Assembly: GCA_037379345.1 (NCBI GenBank)
Contig: CM074520.1
Location: 40,892,664 to 40,956,663 of the forward strand
From: Perna viridis
Lineage: Eukaryota
Length of the DNA stretch: 64,000 bases
Direction: 5' to 3'
Part shown: one piece after another, positions 25,312 to 38,600 of the stretch
Layout of the letters: each line of letters begins with the position of its first letter
Position numbering within the stretch: position 1 is the first letter of the stretch
The notes under the pieces: generated by a model
The model's database searches: none
The model's input: only the letters and a program-made list of their open reading frames with translations
Told to the model about the DNA's origin: nothing
Program-made: the position numbers and the translations under genes

Positions 25312-26503
25312 GTTTGCGAAAAAAATACTAGTCTTTATACAGAATTTACTGGTCCTAACATGAATTTCTGGGGTCAATATTCAGAATTTACTGGTCTTAA
25401 TATGAATTTTAGTTGGTCTTTATACAGAATTTCAACTACCGGTAGATTAACTAAAATCCATATAAAGACCAGTAAATCTGTATAAAAACCACTGAAATTC
25501 ATATCATTAATAGGAGAATTTTGTATAAAGACCAGAATTTTTTTTCGCAAAATCGACTCTCTTTACAGTATTTAAGGAGGTAGACCTAGAATAAGAGAGA
25601 TAATTCTTGAAATCAGTGATATGTTTGTATCATAGTCAATTTCACCAAAGCCTTTCAAGCTTTCCTTTGAATCAGAATGAAATCAGTCCAAGTTATTCTG
25701 ATACTTATATGTGATAAATGTAAAATGGTGAATACAAATGTTCCAATGATTTGAAAGAGTCGTGTCCCTTACCCTAGGACTACCTCCTTAAACACATCAC
25801 TTAATGAAGGTGTCATAAAATGGGCATTTTAAAATGAATCCTGTATAATGTCCTCGTCCGTGCGTGCGAGACCCGATAGGGCAGTCAAGGACGTTAAAAA
25901 CCACCTTAGTAGTTATGTCCTTGTACAGTCATATTGGATTTCGATCACCTGTATTGGCCCTGGGTTGCACCTATGACCATTACAGTTGACATCAACCTAA
26001 TACGACTGTACTTTGACTTGAAACAGGATTAATGTGAAAATATCCGTTTAATAATCCAATAGTATAAGAAAATTCTTACCTGGTGGTGATTCAAATTTTG
26101 TCTCCGGTGATTGGTGTTGACATTTCTGATGTAAACTCAGCAAAATCGCGACAGTAACGCTGGTTCCAAGAACTATTCCACAGAAAAATGATAAGATCAC
26201 GAGTAACCTCGCTTTCAATTTATTTCTCGATGGCTCCCGGGCAGTGATGGGATCACGGTAAAAAATTATGTCATTATAGTCATTCCTTGGACAAATGTAG
26301 TCACAGTCATTGCGGTTGTTTGAATTTGAGCTACCGGTACATTCAATATAGATATGCGAATTATGAACAAGTCTATCTTCGTAGATGTGCGGTTCGCTAG
26401 TTCTTAAGCGGGTTGGTTCTTCATAATCATTCGAATCATTAGAACAATTCGCCATCAATATCAATGGACTCTTGTCATTACTGATGCAAACACCCTTATT
26501 CAT
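23780..26503 (-). CDS. Type II membrane protein with C-terminal farnesoic acid O-methyltransferase-like (Methyltransf_FA) domain, 2 exons, 289 aa
   Basis: Exon 1 26080-26503 (ATG; hydrophobic LLVILSFFCGIVLGTSVTVAILLSL; donor CCA G|gtaag). Exon 2 23780-24225 (acceptor tccag|GT). Domain motifs FSVKACSDAYLVL, VEIALG..GDTRSAIR, ILNCRLFQRFWINW..KIEVG, IGISTG.G..GEW are typical of Methyltransf_FA. Confidence 0.85.
24457..24855 (+). mobile_element. Second copy of the hammerhead-bearing repeat (in the intron of the Methyltransf_FA gene)
   Basis: aaccactgggtc.atacc.ctgctggtggacc...gagggtattcacca shared with 10675ff; ATGCTG-CCTATGAG...GAAAC-ACGT-GTA-CAGCAT at 24770-24820. Confidence 0.6.
25572..25791 (-). 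mobile_element. Same TTAA MITE, copy 3
   Basis: TIRs plus TTAA on both sides. Confidence 0.85.
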
Positions 26504-27249
26504 TGTTTCCGCTTTCGCTTTTTGTTTTAATAGAGATCATTTTGTCATACTTGACCACGTAAGACAATAAAAATGTTACTTATTTCCCTTTCATAAACTT
26601 TTCATTTATGAAGTTCAAAATCTTTGTGTGCTTGAATTTACAATTTCCAATGGTGTAAGAAGTAATAAAACTTATTTTTGCTAAATAGACTAAGCACAGA
26701 AGAAAGTTTGGATTTACATAATTATTTGTTTGAAGAGGTATTTAAAGCATCGAAATCCTTAAATAACATAAAAACCACTTCTAGATGCCACTTAATTATA
26801 CATGTATATGAAGTATGAGTCAGATCACGCAATATTTATTAAATGTCTTTGTTCTAATCACCTGGACTTTTTTCCTGTCACTACATTTCTACACTTAAAT
26901 ATTCACAGGTGTAATACATTCACATGGGGACACCGGTGCATATGCAGATCCACCCCCCTTTTTCGAAAATTTTGGATTAGTTATATAAAAATCAGAAAAT
27001 CACTGAACGGACCTCTTCTCAGCACCTTCATTTTTTTCTGGATTTCTGATTCCGTCATTGAGGTCATCCACTTCCTCCTTGTCTTCAACAGCTATTTTGT
27101 CTCTCGGATTCGTTAATCTTAGGTAAAGTCGTATTTTTCTATGTCTTTTTATTGAAATCGACATACATGTACCAAATGCCTGTGGAGAGAAGGCTATATA
27201 GGCTGGTAGTACTTGAAAAGAAGAATGATTTCTGAAACTGGAAGCGTAT

Positions 27250-27765
27250 TTAAGGGAACCAAGATTCTAGCGGAAATCAAAAGAATGTAATCCAGGGACA
27301 AAGACCAGACATGAAAAACAGCCGAACACGACAAAGAACATAAAGTAACTAAAATAATACATACTAAGTAACAAAAGTAAATGAGCAACTCGGACTCCAC
27401 TAAAAACTGGGAGCATGGACCAGGTGCACCGGTGTGGTAAGCGTCCTCTGCTATTGTAGAAACACCCGTCGAATTGCTCATAAAAAGTCAAGTCCGGGGT
27501 AGACGAAAGAGGAAAGGAAAACTATGACACGTTGAACAAATCAGTTTTCATGGTGCAGATTGATACACAGTAACGATCCACGAATTCATGATGACGAATA
27601 TGAAACTTATATAGTGAAGACTTCAATCTTGTAGCAACATAACCCTGTTCCAGAAGCCTAATTGGAAGTTAAGGTAGATGTAAAGCTCAGATGCCGTAGA
27701 ATAATTAAAAGTTGATGAATAAATGCACCAAATGCTTATTTCAAAAGACTTCTGCAGCAACTGGA
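27250..27765 (-). mobile_element. 3' fragment of a Penelope-like retroelement (end of RT-containing ORF plus 3' region)
   Basis: 27522-27659 translates to RLLEQGYVATRLKSSLYKFHIRHHEFVDRYCVSICTMKTDLFNVS*, resembling (from recall) the KLLxQG..xKLKSSLRKFYGRHHDLV C-terminus of invertebrate Penelope-like RTs. Confidence 0.7.
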
Positions 27766-30700
27766 CACAAGTTCGCTGTATTTCGTTTTAAAAGGTGTCA
27801 TGACTTTCCATTATTCCCAATGGCTGATTCAGGGAGGTTTGATGGTTGAAACCGCTTTTTGGGAAATTTGGTCAAATTTGGCAATTAAAATGGACAGATG
27901 GTCAGGACCTCCCCCCTTATATGAGTTTATAGATTAGAACTCTCCCTTTTTCTGGATTCGCCCCGATTCCTTTTTGGAATCAGACAGACATAGAAATTTG
28001 TTAAGTATTTGAAGATATATGGAATCACAATAGCTTGAATGATGTATATACAATGTAGCACTAAAATATCAAAAGGAGCTTCGTTCTTCAGGGGGTTTAT
28101 ATGGGGATTTTGAAAGGGTTGGTTCCAGGGCATTATTTGCTTTTTTCTGCCCAAATTGTTCGCTAAAAAATCAAAATTTTCAAACAAAAGGGGTCCCACC
28201 ACTACACCTATTGAGAAGTGTTCAGTAGGAGAGAAGCTCCTCTTGAGTTTAACTAACCCGAATAATCCAGTCGTTATATTACATTCCCTACGATAACTCC
28301 ATTAAGAGAGTAGAAGAGAAACGGACTGGATTATTCGAGTTAGAGTGTAACTCGTATTTTAGAGCTATAGCCAGGATTTGGTGATAAGATTCCAAGCATT
28401 TGTGATAAATCCCATCGTAGTTTACATGTAAATTGTGAGCAAAATGCTTCATCTGAAAAGTGCATTTACCTTTAATACGAAATTGCATAATTTTACGTGA
28501 AATTCACTTCATGTGATTATTACGAAAATATGCTTGCTCAACTCGAGTGAAAATAATAATTTGAAACTCAAAAAAAGCTAATGACCTAAGCTTGACTGTA
28601 AAAGGGGATACTTTGGTTTGTATCATTGTTTTTATTTACTTTCGTATTGCCTGTGGCCATATGGTGTCGTAAAAGTGACATAACTAATTTACGGAAATAA
28701 TCACTTGACCCCACATTTCCCTGTTGTTTGTGAATCTTTAAGATTTACAAGTTATCTTATTTAGTAGAATGTTCTATAAATGTTATTGAAATATCGTTCG
28801 ACCGGTATTTTTTGTGTATGCTGACATGATACTACTTGCTAATCGTTAACCCGATGAGTAGACATACTCTTGCTGTTAAGATATCACGTTTTCAAAGTCT
28901 TGTTTTTGTTTTGTTTTTTTTTTCTTTTGTCATTATTCTTTATTACTCTTCATGTACATTGTAGTTGTCAAATTCTTATTTTTTTACCCAGTGGGCACTC
29001 GACATTGAATCAATGTTCATAATTGGTGATGATGTAGTTAAACATGAAATCAACGTTACTCTAACGTTATTGATCATCAAAACTAACTGCCTTGATAAAA
29101 CTGCATCGTCATGATGAGGATTTTCTCGCACAGGCTGCTAAATTTAAGCACTATGTCTTAAAAATAGGGCTGACATTTCTCTTCTTCTCTCACGAAAAAA
29201 TAAAACTTGTGAACTTGACTCAGAAAACTTAAAGCAAAAAGCAGAAAACTATCTAAATTATTTATTTGCTAAAACATACCAAAAATTGGCACCAAAAACA
29301 ACAACAAAAAATGAGTTCTATAAGAAAATTTCTTGATATAACCAAACAAGTGAAGAAGGCCAACTCCTAAACATTATCAGTATTTTAAGCATTTTCTGAA
29401 AACAGGAAATTAAGATTGTTTTCTTTTTAGGTTCAACTTATAAAACATTTTCAAGTCTGCAGCTAGAGCTACTAGATTTTTAGGTTTTAAGAAAATGTAA
29501 AAAAAAAAAAAAAGTTTTTTTAAATTGATTTACTGAAATCTAAATTAAAATTAAAAAAAAAACTTATAAAAATATTGAAATAAGCTCAAGAAAAGAAGTA
29601 TTCAAAGAAGCTTGAAATGGCCGAAGGCTTTATTAGTAGTACAAAACTAGGATGATGAAAAAATAATGCTCTCAAACTGTTGAAAATGTAGTGTTAATAA
29701 CAGATAAACTCATAATCACATCTCCCTATCCTCACATGAAATACTTAGTGTGCAAGCATAGACAGAAACTGCAAAATCAAGCAAAATGAATTACATGCCA
29801 TAAAACCATTATCACCCAAAAATGTTTTTTTTCAAAGCTGTAAATACTATCTACAATTTTGTAAATGAAAATTTCAGTTCTCTATTTATAATTACATATC
29901 TAATTAAAAATAGACCTACTTACTTTTCCATTTAGTCAATTCATGCAGAGGCAAGTATCATTGTATTCTATTTTATGTTCAGATGACTCTTCTGATGAGC
30001 CAATCAGATTTCAGTTATCATGGTAGTGAAAGGATTAATTAAAGGCAAAAACCTGAGGATTTGGAAAGTTCATCTGAACAGAGGATAATGTAAAATTGTT
30101 GTTACACACAGTGACTAAGCGGAACAGTAGTAGATCTAACTTTCAGTAGCAGTCTTTCTAAAAATCAGAAAGGAGGTGATTCATGCATGTCAAAAACCCA
30201 CCAAATTCAGTTTTATTTCTTGTTCAGAAACAGTAACTGGTCACATAATCAGTCATAGTTTTTCATTTGGTTGTTGCGCTTATGAGAAAAAAATTATAGA
30301 GATTGTATGTGATATTTGCACTATGCAAGAGTTATCCTTCTTGATTTGGCTTCATTTGGTTGATTTCAGTGGGAGATAAATGTAAGATTTTCCAAAAAAA
30401 CTGCAGATCTGAATGCAGAAAAGAACATTGTTAAATGTGAAAGTAAAGTATATGTAGACTTAAAATGCATCATTTGTTTGGTGGGTTTTTCTAGACCATG
30501 AATCACTTAACCATCGGCAGTTTTATGTGGACTGGTACTTAATTAGATTGCCTATTTACTAATAATTTCAAGAATAGTTTTAAATAGACCAGAAATAAAC
30601 TTTCAAAATGGTCAATAAAAGAGTGCCATCCATATGTAAATTAAAAATCTAATGACCTTGACCTTTGATCCATAACCTTGTAAATAGTATCAAAAGGACT

Positions 30701-32517
30701 AAGTACCTGCAAAAAATCCACTAAAGAATTCAAGTGTTAATAAAAAAAATATAAGATTAAAATTGAACCCAGAGACCTTGACATTGAAAAATAATTGAAT
30801 GACAGATTTTCATCAGAACTTATATAAAAAAAAATACCAAATAAAAAAAAACAATGAAAGAATTTTAGTTTATGAAAATTCACAATGCTTTGAAATAAAA
30901 ATAAGATCATTTGATATTGACCTTTGACATATGACCTTCTCCTAAAGCTGTGATTGGTACATATACTTACCTGGAATGTGTTGACAAAAATATGATATGT
31001 TTTATATCAATAAGTTACAACCAAGTTATCATAAATTTACCTTACATCATCAGAGAATTATATGTAATATAAATATACAAATATCACAGATAGACTTCAG
31101 AGCCTAACTCCAATAAAAGTGAAAAAATTGTAATAAAATATGTTCACGGAGCCAGGCTCTTGACATTTTAATTACTCACAAGAAGACAACTAAATAAATA
31201 AATAAATAAATACAAATAAATACTGTGTATAAATTACAAAATTACTACCATTAAAAATAATCTTATCATACCTGTTGATCCTCCAAATTCAGGGGCAGAC
31301 TCGCACAAAGTCGTGGTTTAACCCACCTACCAAAACCACGAAAATGATTACCCCATGAACAACAGTACTTTTACTTTCACAGTAATTTAGTGCACAATTT
31401 ATGCAAAAAAGAGAAAATGATAGACTGGTCCTCCTCCTTTTAATCAATTTCTGAATACACCCCTACTAAGCAGTCAAAAGTAAATGCAAATCTGGTTATT
31501 ATTGCTTTGAAAGCCTAATAAAGACTATTATCTAAACACAAAATATTTCAATCATAGAAGTATTACCAGTAAATATCATCATTGATTGGAGAAATGAACT
31601 TCAAATAAGCTTTCCATTTATTTCATAGCTATTTCAATAAATGTAAATTACATACAATTAAAAGGATGATAAAACACCAAATTGAGTCACTTTAAAAGCA
31701 CTTTAGCATAATATGGCAGGCAGAGTAAATTACAATAAATATTATTTATTAGACAAAAATCAACCAATTATGTACTTCCCAATCTAAGAATCAGGCAAAA
31801 TGCATATAAGTTTTGGCACATGAAGAATAAAAACAAATTTTATTGCATTATCCAAATATTTATACCATATAACCTCCAAAAAAAGCCATCAGAGTGTTTG
31901 TAATGTCTGCTTTTTTTTTTAGATTTGATCGAAGTTAGTTAAAATGCACTACAGAAAAATGGCTGAAAAATTTCCCTGCACTTTTCCCCTAAACAAGCAG
32001 TCAAGAATATCAATGTCATAATGCTTCAAAACAAATTCAAATAGCTTTTCAATTATTTTCTAGATGTATTGAATATATTTAAGGCAAAAAAGACCAGATT
32101 TAGAAAAAAAAATGTGCAACCCACTGCCTGATTCTTAAATAGAATGGTACTAAAAATTGATTAGGTGTGAACACACCTAAGAATCATGCAGAGATTTTAC
32201 AAATAATCTCATATGACCAAACTTTTTCAGACATGAAAGATTTGTTTCATGGTAAAGGCAGGTGATTGTCTGAACAAGTGAAATGCTGTGTAAAATATTA
32301 GTCACAAATGATTTCATCTAGCCACTGAAATCTCCAGCAGATCTGATGACAAAGAAACATTTGCACTAATTTCAAAGGCTGCAGCCCTAAGGTTTCATTT
32401 TTTATCATCAACAAAACATAACCAATCTTCTGAGGACTTCAAACACAAAATCTTCAGATTACAAGGCAATGTTGGCACAACTGTAAGCTGCAATAATGGG
32501 CTGTCTGTATGTCTGTA

Positions 32518-32601
32518 CTAATCATCAACAAATGACCAACTACTGGCCACAGAGGGGGAGGGGCTATCTTCACCCATGGCTTCTCTTCTGTTGAATACAG
32601 C
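32518..32601 (-). CDS. Terminal coding exon of the kinase gene (AVFNRREAMGEDSPSPSVASSWSFVDD*), not in ORF track
   Basis: ctttttcag|GCT GTA TTC AAC AGA AGA...GAT GAT TAG; phase 0, matching the 35467 donor. Confidence 0.8.
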   Translation of the reverse strand, partial: AVFNRREAMGEDSPSPSVASSWSFVDD

Positions 32602-35600
32602 CTGAAAAAGGAACGTGTGAATTAAAACTTATACTAGTAACAAGGCTAAGAAACTGATTCTTAAGTTAAGTTAAACTGTCAACTTCTAATCTTCTAAAGG
32701 TTTCAATTCTAACACCTTAATATCAATTTGGTTTTTTATTTATTTTTTTTAACATTTAAAAAAAATATTCTTGTTTCTACTGTATGACTATCATTTACAG
32801 CTCATTTATCCTGTAATTTTGTTGTTTCAAATCATGCTAGAATATTCTAGAAAGAGCAATTCTTTCTTTCATCAGAATTAAGTGGACATTTTTTATTCAA
32901 TGCCAGGTTGTACAGTGTACTGGGGTAGGAAAAAAGTTCCTTATTTAAGGATGTTCACTGCTCTATTACGGAAAAACAAGGATTTCAAAAGGCTGTGCAA
33001 TCTTTTAAGATCATGCTAGAAAAATACAAGTAATAAAGAGCTGCACTTAAAGCACATGATACGTCCATTGCCCTTTTGACTTGTCCTTATGCTTTTAATG
33101 AATTTATATGATTTACTAAAAATACTGTGAGCCCTGTCAAATACTCTCCCCCCCTAAAAAAAAAGTAAATAAAAAATGCACAAAAAATTTGGCAATATCA
33201 AGGCTTTTTAGTTTGTTGTCTAGATTTTCACCCTTACATTTCTATCTTGTTATATCTTTATATTTATTAGTCAATCATTTTACAAAATTATCCATTTTCA
33301 ACGATTTTTCAACAAATAAAATTTCCAAGGCTGTTTCCGCCTTTTTTTTTAAAGAGTAAAACTTCAATACACAGAAACGAAAAATCAGAAATTTATAAAA
33401 ATTGAAAGGGAGCTTAAGTCAACAGATATGAACAACACACCAAAGTCTTATAAAAGTTGGTGAAAGTGTTTTTGAGTTATTGTCCGAAGTTTGGACGATG
33501 GACGGATGGACATACCATAAGTATACCATAATACATCCCGTCTTAGACAGGCATATAAAAACAAATGATGGGTCAGTGTGGTTCTTTTGGAGAAATAAGC
33601 ATTTGAAATTTTGGCAGGAAAAGGATTTCTCCTGATTTTCCACAAGTTCCATCTTTTATCTATTAAAAACCCAGACAAAATAACAAGGATTTCATACAAA
33701 AAAACTTCACAAACGAGATTTTAAAGTTTGTTAAATTTGATGAAATTGTGAAAAGAAGAGTGCTATGCAATGCATAAAACCAGTGGAGTCCGAAAGTCTT
33801 ACAAAAATGGCTTAACAAGAGCAGTAAAGATCCTTTTATACAATGCAAGGTACTTTAACATATTCTAAATATCTGTATGGTACAAACACATATCTAAAAT
33901 GTCAGTATGTGTTCTTTAAATATATGTACATTTACAGGATGTCAGGTGAAAATTGTGTATTGGATGTATTACAGTGATGCGTTACTATCATTTATAAACT
34001 TGAATATTGTTGGTGAGATTAAAGAAAGACAAACTAGCTTTACAAGTAGATAACTGATTAAATTGAATTATGTCCCCTTGCTTGCATTAAAAAAAAATTA
34101 GCACTCACACTCTTCTTTTTGAAATCTCAGGCACAGTTCAAAAGAAATGTGTGCTAGGTGTAGGCCCCCATAAAAATGGGTACCATAACTTTATGATACA
34201 GAAAGACTAGTCCTTCCAGGAGCAGATCCAAAGACAAGCATGCTGGGAATATGCTCCCTCCCTACCTCACCACCTAATAATAGGAACATTTTTGTTTGTT
34301 TACATGAATTCTACTCCGAAAATGTTTTTGCCTTACTTCTCCCTACCTTTACTTCTATTTTTAGAGGTCCGGGTGTTACAAGAATAGGCCTGCAGCAGCG
34401 CTAAGCTTCTCATAAAAGGCAACTAAATAGTGCTCAGAACCTTAGCCGGGGGCTATGGCACTCTGCCCAGAGCAACTGGGATGTGTGCCCCAGGTGGTGG
34501 AATGGGGTATCCCTGGTGTGTTTACATGCCATGTTCCTCGCATGTTAAAAAACCATACTGTGGTATTCTCCTGGAGTAGGAACCATAGGGCTCCGCCACA
34601 GGAGGCTAAATTGCCCGACCCTACCCACCTCCCCCTATTTCCAGTGGCAATCAAAATTTGTCGACCCTGTTGTCCTTGTGTCCCATCCCATTTTTCATTT
34701 CATCATCATTTCATGTTCATTTATTATCCACTTCATGTTCATCGCCTGAATATAGCTGAAATATTGCTGCTCGGGCGTTTAACACCAACAAACAAACAAA
34801 CGAACTATTTTTAGACACCCCCCCCCCCACCATCCCATATTAATTCCTGGATCTGCCCCTGAATCTATTTGAGAAGTTAAACTTCAAGTTTTAACACAAG
34901 ATAAAACAAAACAGACAGGAATATATAGATAGGTTCAACAGAATTTCAAAGGGAGATAATACAATTTAAGCATAATGAAAATGACGTAAGGGGTATCCTT
35001 TGGGAAATATAAATGTTACAAGGACATATTTGTCATACTTATATTATTAAGTGCCCACTCAAAGTATTAAACACAATTCTAATACTGATTTTTCACGAAA
35101 ACAAAATACCTTCCTGAAAAACATGTATCTGTTTAACTACAAGCAAAAGCATTAGACTTTGTCAAGACCATCTGGTGATTAGAATTTTGAGTCAAGCACA
35201 CTTTTATCTTACCCTTCTGAAGTCTGTCCATGCAGCCTTTTAATGGAAATACATGTAGGTAACAAACTTATGATTAGGTGTGTGAAAAGTAATGAAAAAT
35301 AAAAACTAAAAAACTAGAAAAAAAAACTGCATTATTTTAATTCGAAGAAGAATTATGTGAAATGAAAAAAAAAATGAATTAATTTGTATAAGAACTAGCA
35401 AAACTTTGCATGCCACAAAAATAAAATTTGAAAACTTTAAGCTTAAGTTACAACAACTAAACCTACCCTTTTAAGAATTTCAGCAATGGAAGAATAAGCC
35501 TGCTTGTTGATTTGTGAAAGATCTTGAAGCTGGTTCGGATGAGGCTTTGATATAGACTGCAGCACTTCTTTCTGGTCCCTAAGATCTGCAGATTTCAAAA

Positions 35601-38600
35601 CTAACTGTCCATCACCCTCTGATTGTGTGCTTAGATTTGAGATTTGTGCCTCCTTACTTGAAACTTTGGCCTCTGGAATGTCCATTTTTACTTTTTTGGA
35701 GTTAGATTTGTCCCCTTTACAGACATTCTTACTTTTTGTCTCTCCTGAAACAACTTGTCCCTTTTTCTCATTATGAGTTGTCTCCCCTTCAGAGACTTCA
35801 ATATCCTTTTTAATTGTCTCCCCTGTTGAACTTTCATGGATTAAGGAAGGTTTAGTAATATCACTCACCACAGGAAGAGGAGGGGCAGGTGGGATATAAG
35901 GTTCATCTGGTATTACAATGGGAGGAGGACGTTGAGGCAAACTAGAGGTTGATACTTTACGTTGCTTTTCTCTTGAACTATCAACCACCGGCCTTTCTTC
36001 CACCCATGCCTCTATACTTTTACCTGGTAGTTTAGTTCTTGGAGAATCCCTTATTTCCTTTGAATTTGTCTTTGGTTCAGCACTCTTGTCAACCAATGGA
36101 ACATCTTTTACTGTTTTAGACTTGTCTCTTTTCTTAGGCTTCCCACCATTACTTAATTCTTCCTTATCAGGTTTCTTGGATTTCATCCCTTGTTCATTAT
36201 TTTTATCTTCTTTAGATTTTGGTTTCTTTGCTTTGTGTTTGTTTAATGAAAAATTTGCAATCTCCATATTAAGAGACAATCTCAAATTAGGCAAGTCTTT
36301 TGCAATTTTACCCGTATTTTGAGTCTCTGGCAAAGGCACAGCACTAGCATTTTGATTTTCATTTGAATTTGCTTGAGATTTATCTCCCTTTTTAGAACTC
36401 TCCTTGTTACTCTTGGCACTTCTACTTGATACAATATCTGGATCAATGTCATCCGTTATACTGTCATTTAAATCTAGACTATCTACAGAGTAGGAATCAA
36501 GATCATATCCCATGTCCAAAATTTTATCAAAATCATCTTTAAAATCCAAAACTTCAACTGAGTCCTTCTCAAATTTCACACAGGATTTGTTATCTCTTTT
36601 ACCTTCTTGAACTTTAACCTCTGGCTTAGTGACCTCTTCCTTTGTTTTCTCAACCTTTCCAGTCCTAAGTTTTGAATGCAGTGACTTAATCTCTTGAACA
36701 TTTCCAGTTTTTTCACTTCTTAATTTTGTATGTAAAGTTTTGATTTCATTGAGTACATTTCCAGACAGACTAGTCCTCATTTTCCTATCATTTGGTTGAA
36801 GTTTATCTTCAGATTTATCTACAGCTTTTGATGCTGAATCAACCACAGCAACATTTGGCACTTTTGGTTTAGAAGTAGTACTTTTAGAATCTTTTACATT
36901 TAAAATAATTTTCTGATCATTTTTGAAAGCTGATTTAGAATTATCCCTGTCCCCATCCACAATGACCTTTTCCTTGTTCTCAGTGTTTGTTGATTGTTTT
37001 AAATCAGTCTTCTGCTTTACATCAGTTTTACTCTTCTCAGAATTTCTACCACTGTTGGAAAGTGTATCAGATAATTTGCTATTAAAAGTTTTATCCTTCT
37101 TACTTGCTTTCTCAGATAATATTTTGCTTGAATCAAAGGATTTTGAAAGAATTTCAGGCTTTTCCTTTCTTCTCTCATTCTCCACTATCTTGTTGTCATG
37201 TGACTTTCTGACCTCTGAACTTTTCGGTCTACTTTGATCAGCTGACTGACTAGTACAAATATCTCTTCTAGAATAAGCTTTTGAGTTAAGCATTTCTTTT
37301 AACAGTAAATCTTGAGACTTTCTCATGTCAAAAGATTTGTTTTCATCAGCACTTGATTTTAGTTTTGTTGCGATCTTTTCCTCTTCTTGTTTTTCCTGAT
37401 ATGATGATGTTGGCGGAGGTATTTCTGCTGGTTTAGATTGATCTGGTTTCAAACCCTGTGGTATATTTTCATTCTTTGTCTTAACCTTTTTTATTTCTTC
37501 CTGAAGCAAATTAGGTAAAGCTGGAGTAGAATTTCGAACAGATTTTGGTGTGGTAACTTCAAATGTATCAGTTTTAGTCTGCAGATCTTTCTTTAGTTTT
37601 TCCTGTAGTTCTATTTTGGTCGTTTTAATTTCTTTTTCCAATGCCTCTTGATTTGTTTCTTTTGACAAATCAGTTCTAGTCCGCAAATCTTTCTTAAGTT
37701 TTCTCTCTAATTCTGCTTTGGTTTTAATTTCCTTTTCCAATGTCTCCTTCTTCATTTCTTTTGAAGAATCAGTATTAGTCTGCAGATCTTTCTTTAATTG
37801 TTTCTCTAGTTCTGCTTTGGTTTCTTTAATTTCTTTTTCCAGCGCTTCCTGTTTCATTTCACGTTCTTTTTTGTCTGACATCTCTGTTTTTGTTAGAGAT
37901 GTTCTGATAGACGATGATGAATTAAAGTCAGAGGTGGAAGGAGGAATACTAGAATATGTCTCGATAACAGCTCCTACATCTTCAGGCTTGTTTAACTCTG
38001 AAGAAATTAATTCATGAAGCTGAGATTGCTTCCTTGTACTTGGACTCCTTATTGTAGGAGAAAGTATGTCACAAGATGCCTTTAGATAATTCAAATATTC
38101 TGTAGTAGTGTCTTCAACTTGAGCATGTTTATCTTCTGTTCTAGATGTTTCTGATATGTTCTTCTCCGAGGATGCCAAATCCACTGAAGACCTCACATTT
38201 GAATTTGATGAATTTTCGTTTCTCATCTCAAAATTCTGATCATGTGACCATTTAAGACTAGATTTGTAGTCTCTTTGTGGATTCCTTGTCTGAACAAACA
38301 CACTTGATGTTTCAGAAACAGGCATTTCAGAAAAGTGCTTCAATTGGCTAGAATCATGTGACCTTCTCGTAAAGTCATGTGACTTCTTGGTTAGATCATG
38401 TGATTCCATGATAGCATCATCTGAGTGTTTGATATCTTCCATCATAGACTTAACATTTTCGAGATCTAGAGTGTTATTGACTAGGCTAATGATTGTCCTT
38501 GCTGATTGGACATCCTCTAATGCCTCACTGGGAACTCCAGCTTCTTTAAAAAGAGCTCTCCAATCTGGAGGGAAAGCAAGTTTGTCCAACTGTGATATAA

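Noticed and set aside
35443-38589. Stand-alone 1048-aa intronless gene as given by the ORF track
   Set aside because: It starts at TTG within an exon that has a clear acceptor (38604) in frame with the kinase exon and a clear donor (35467); it is an internal exon.
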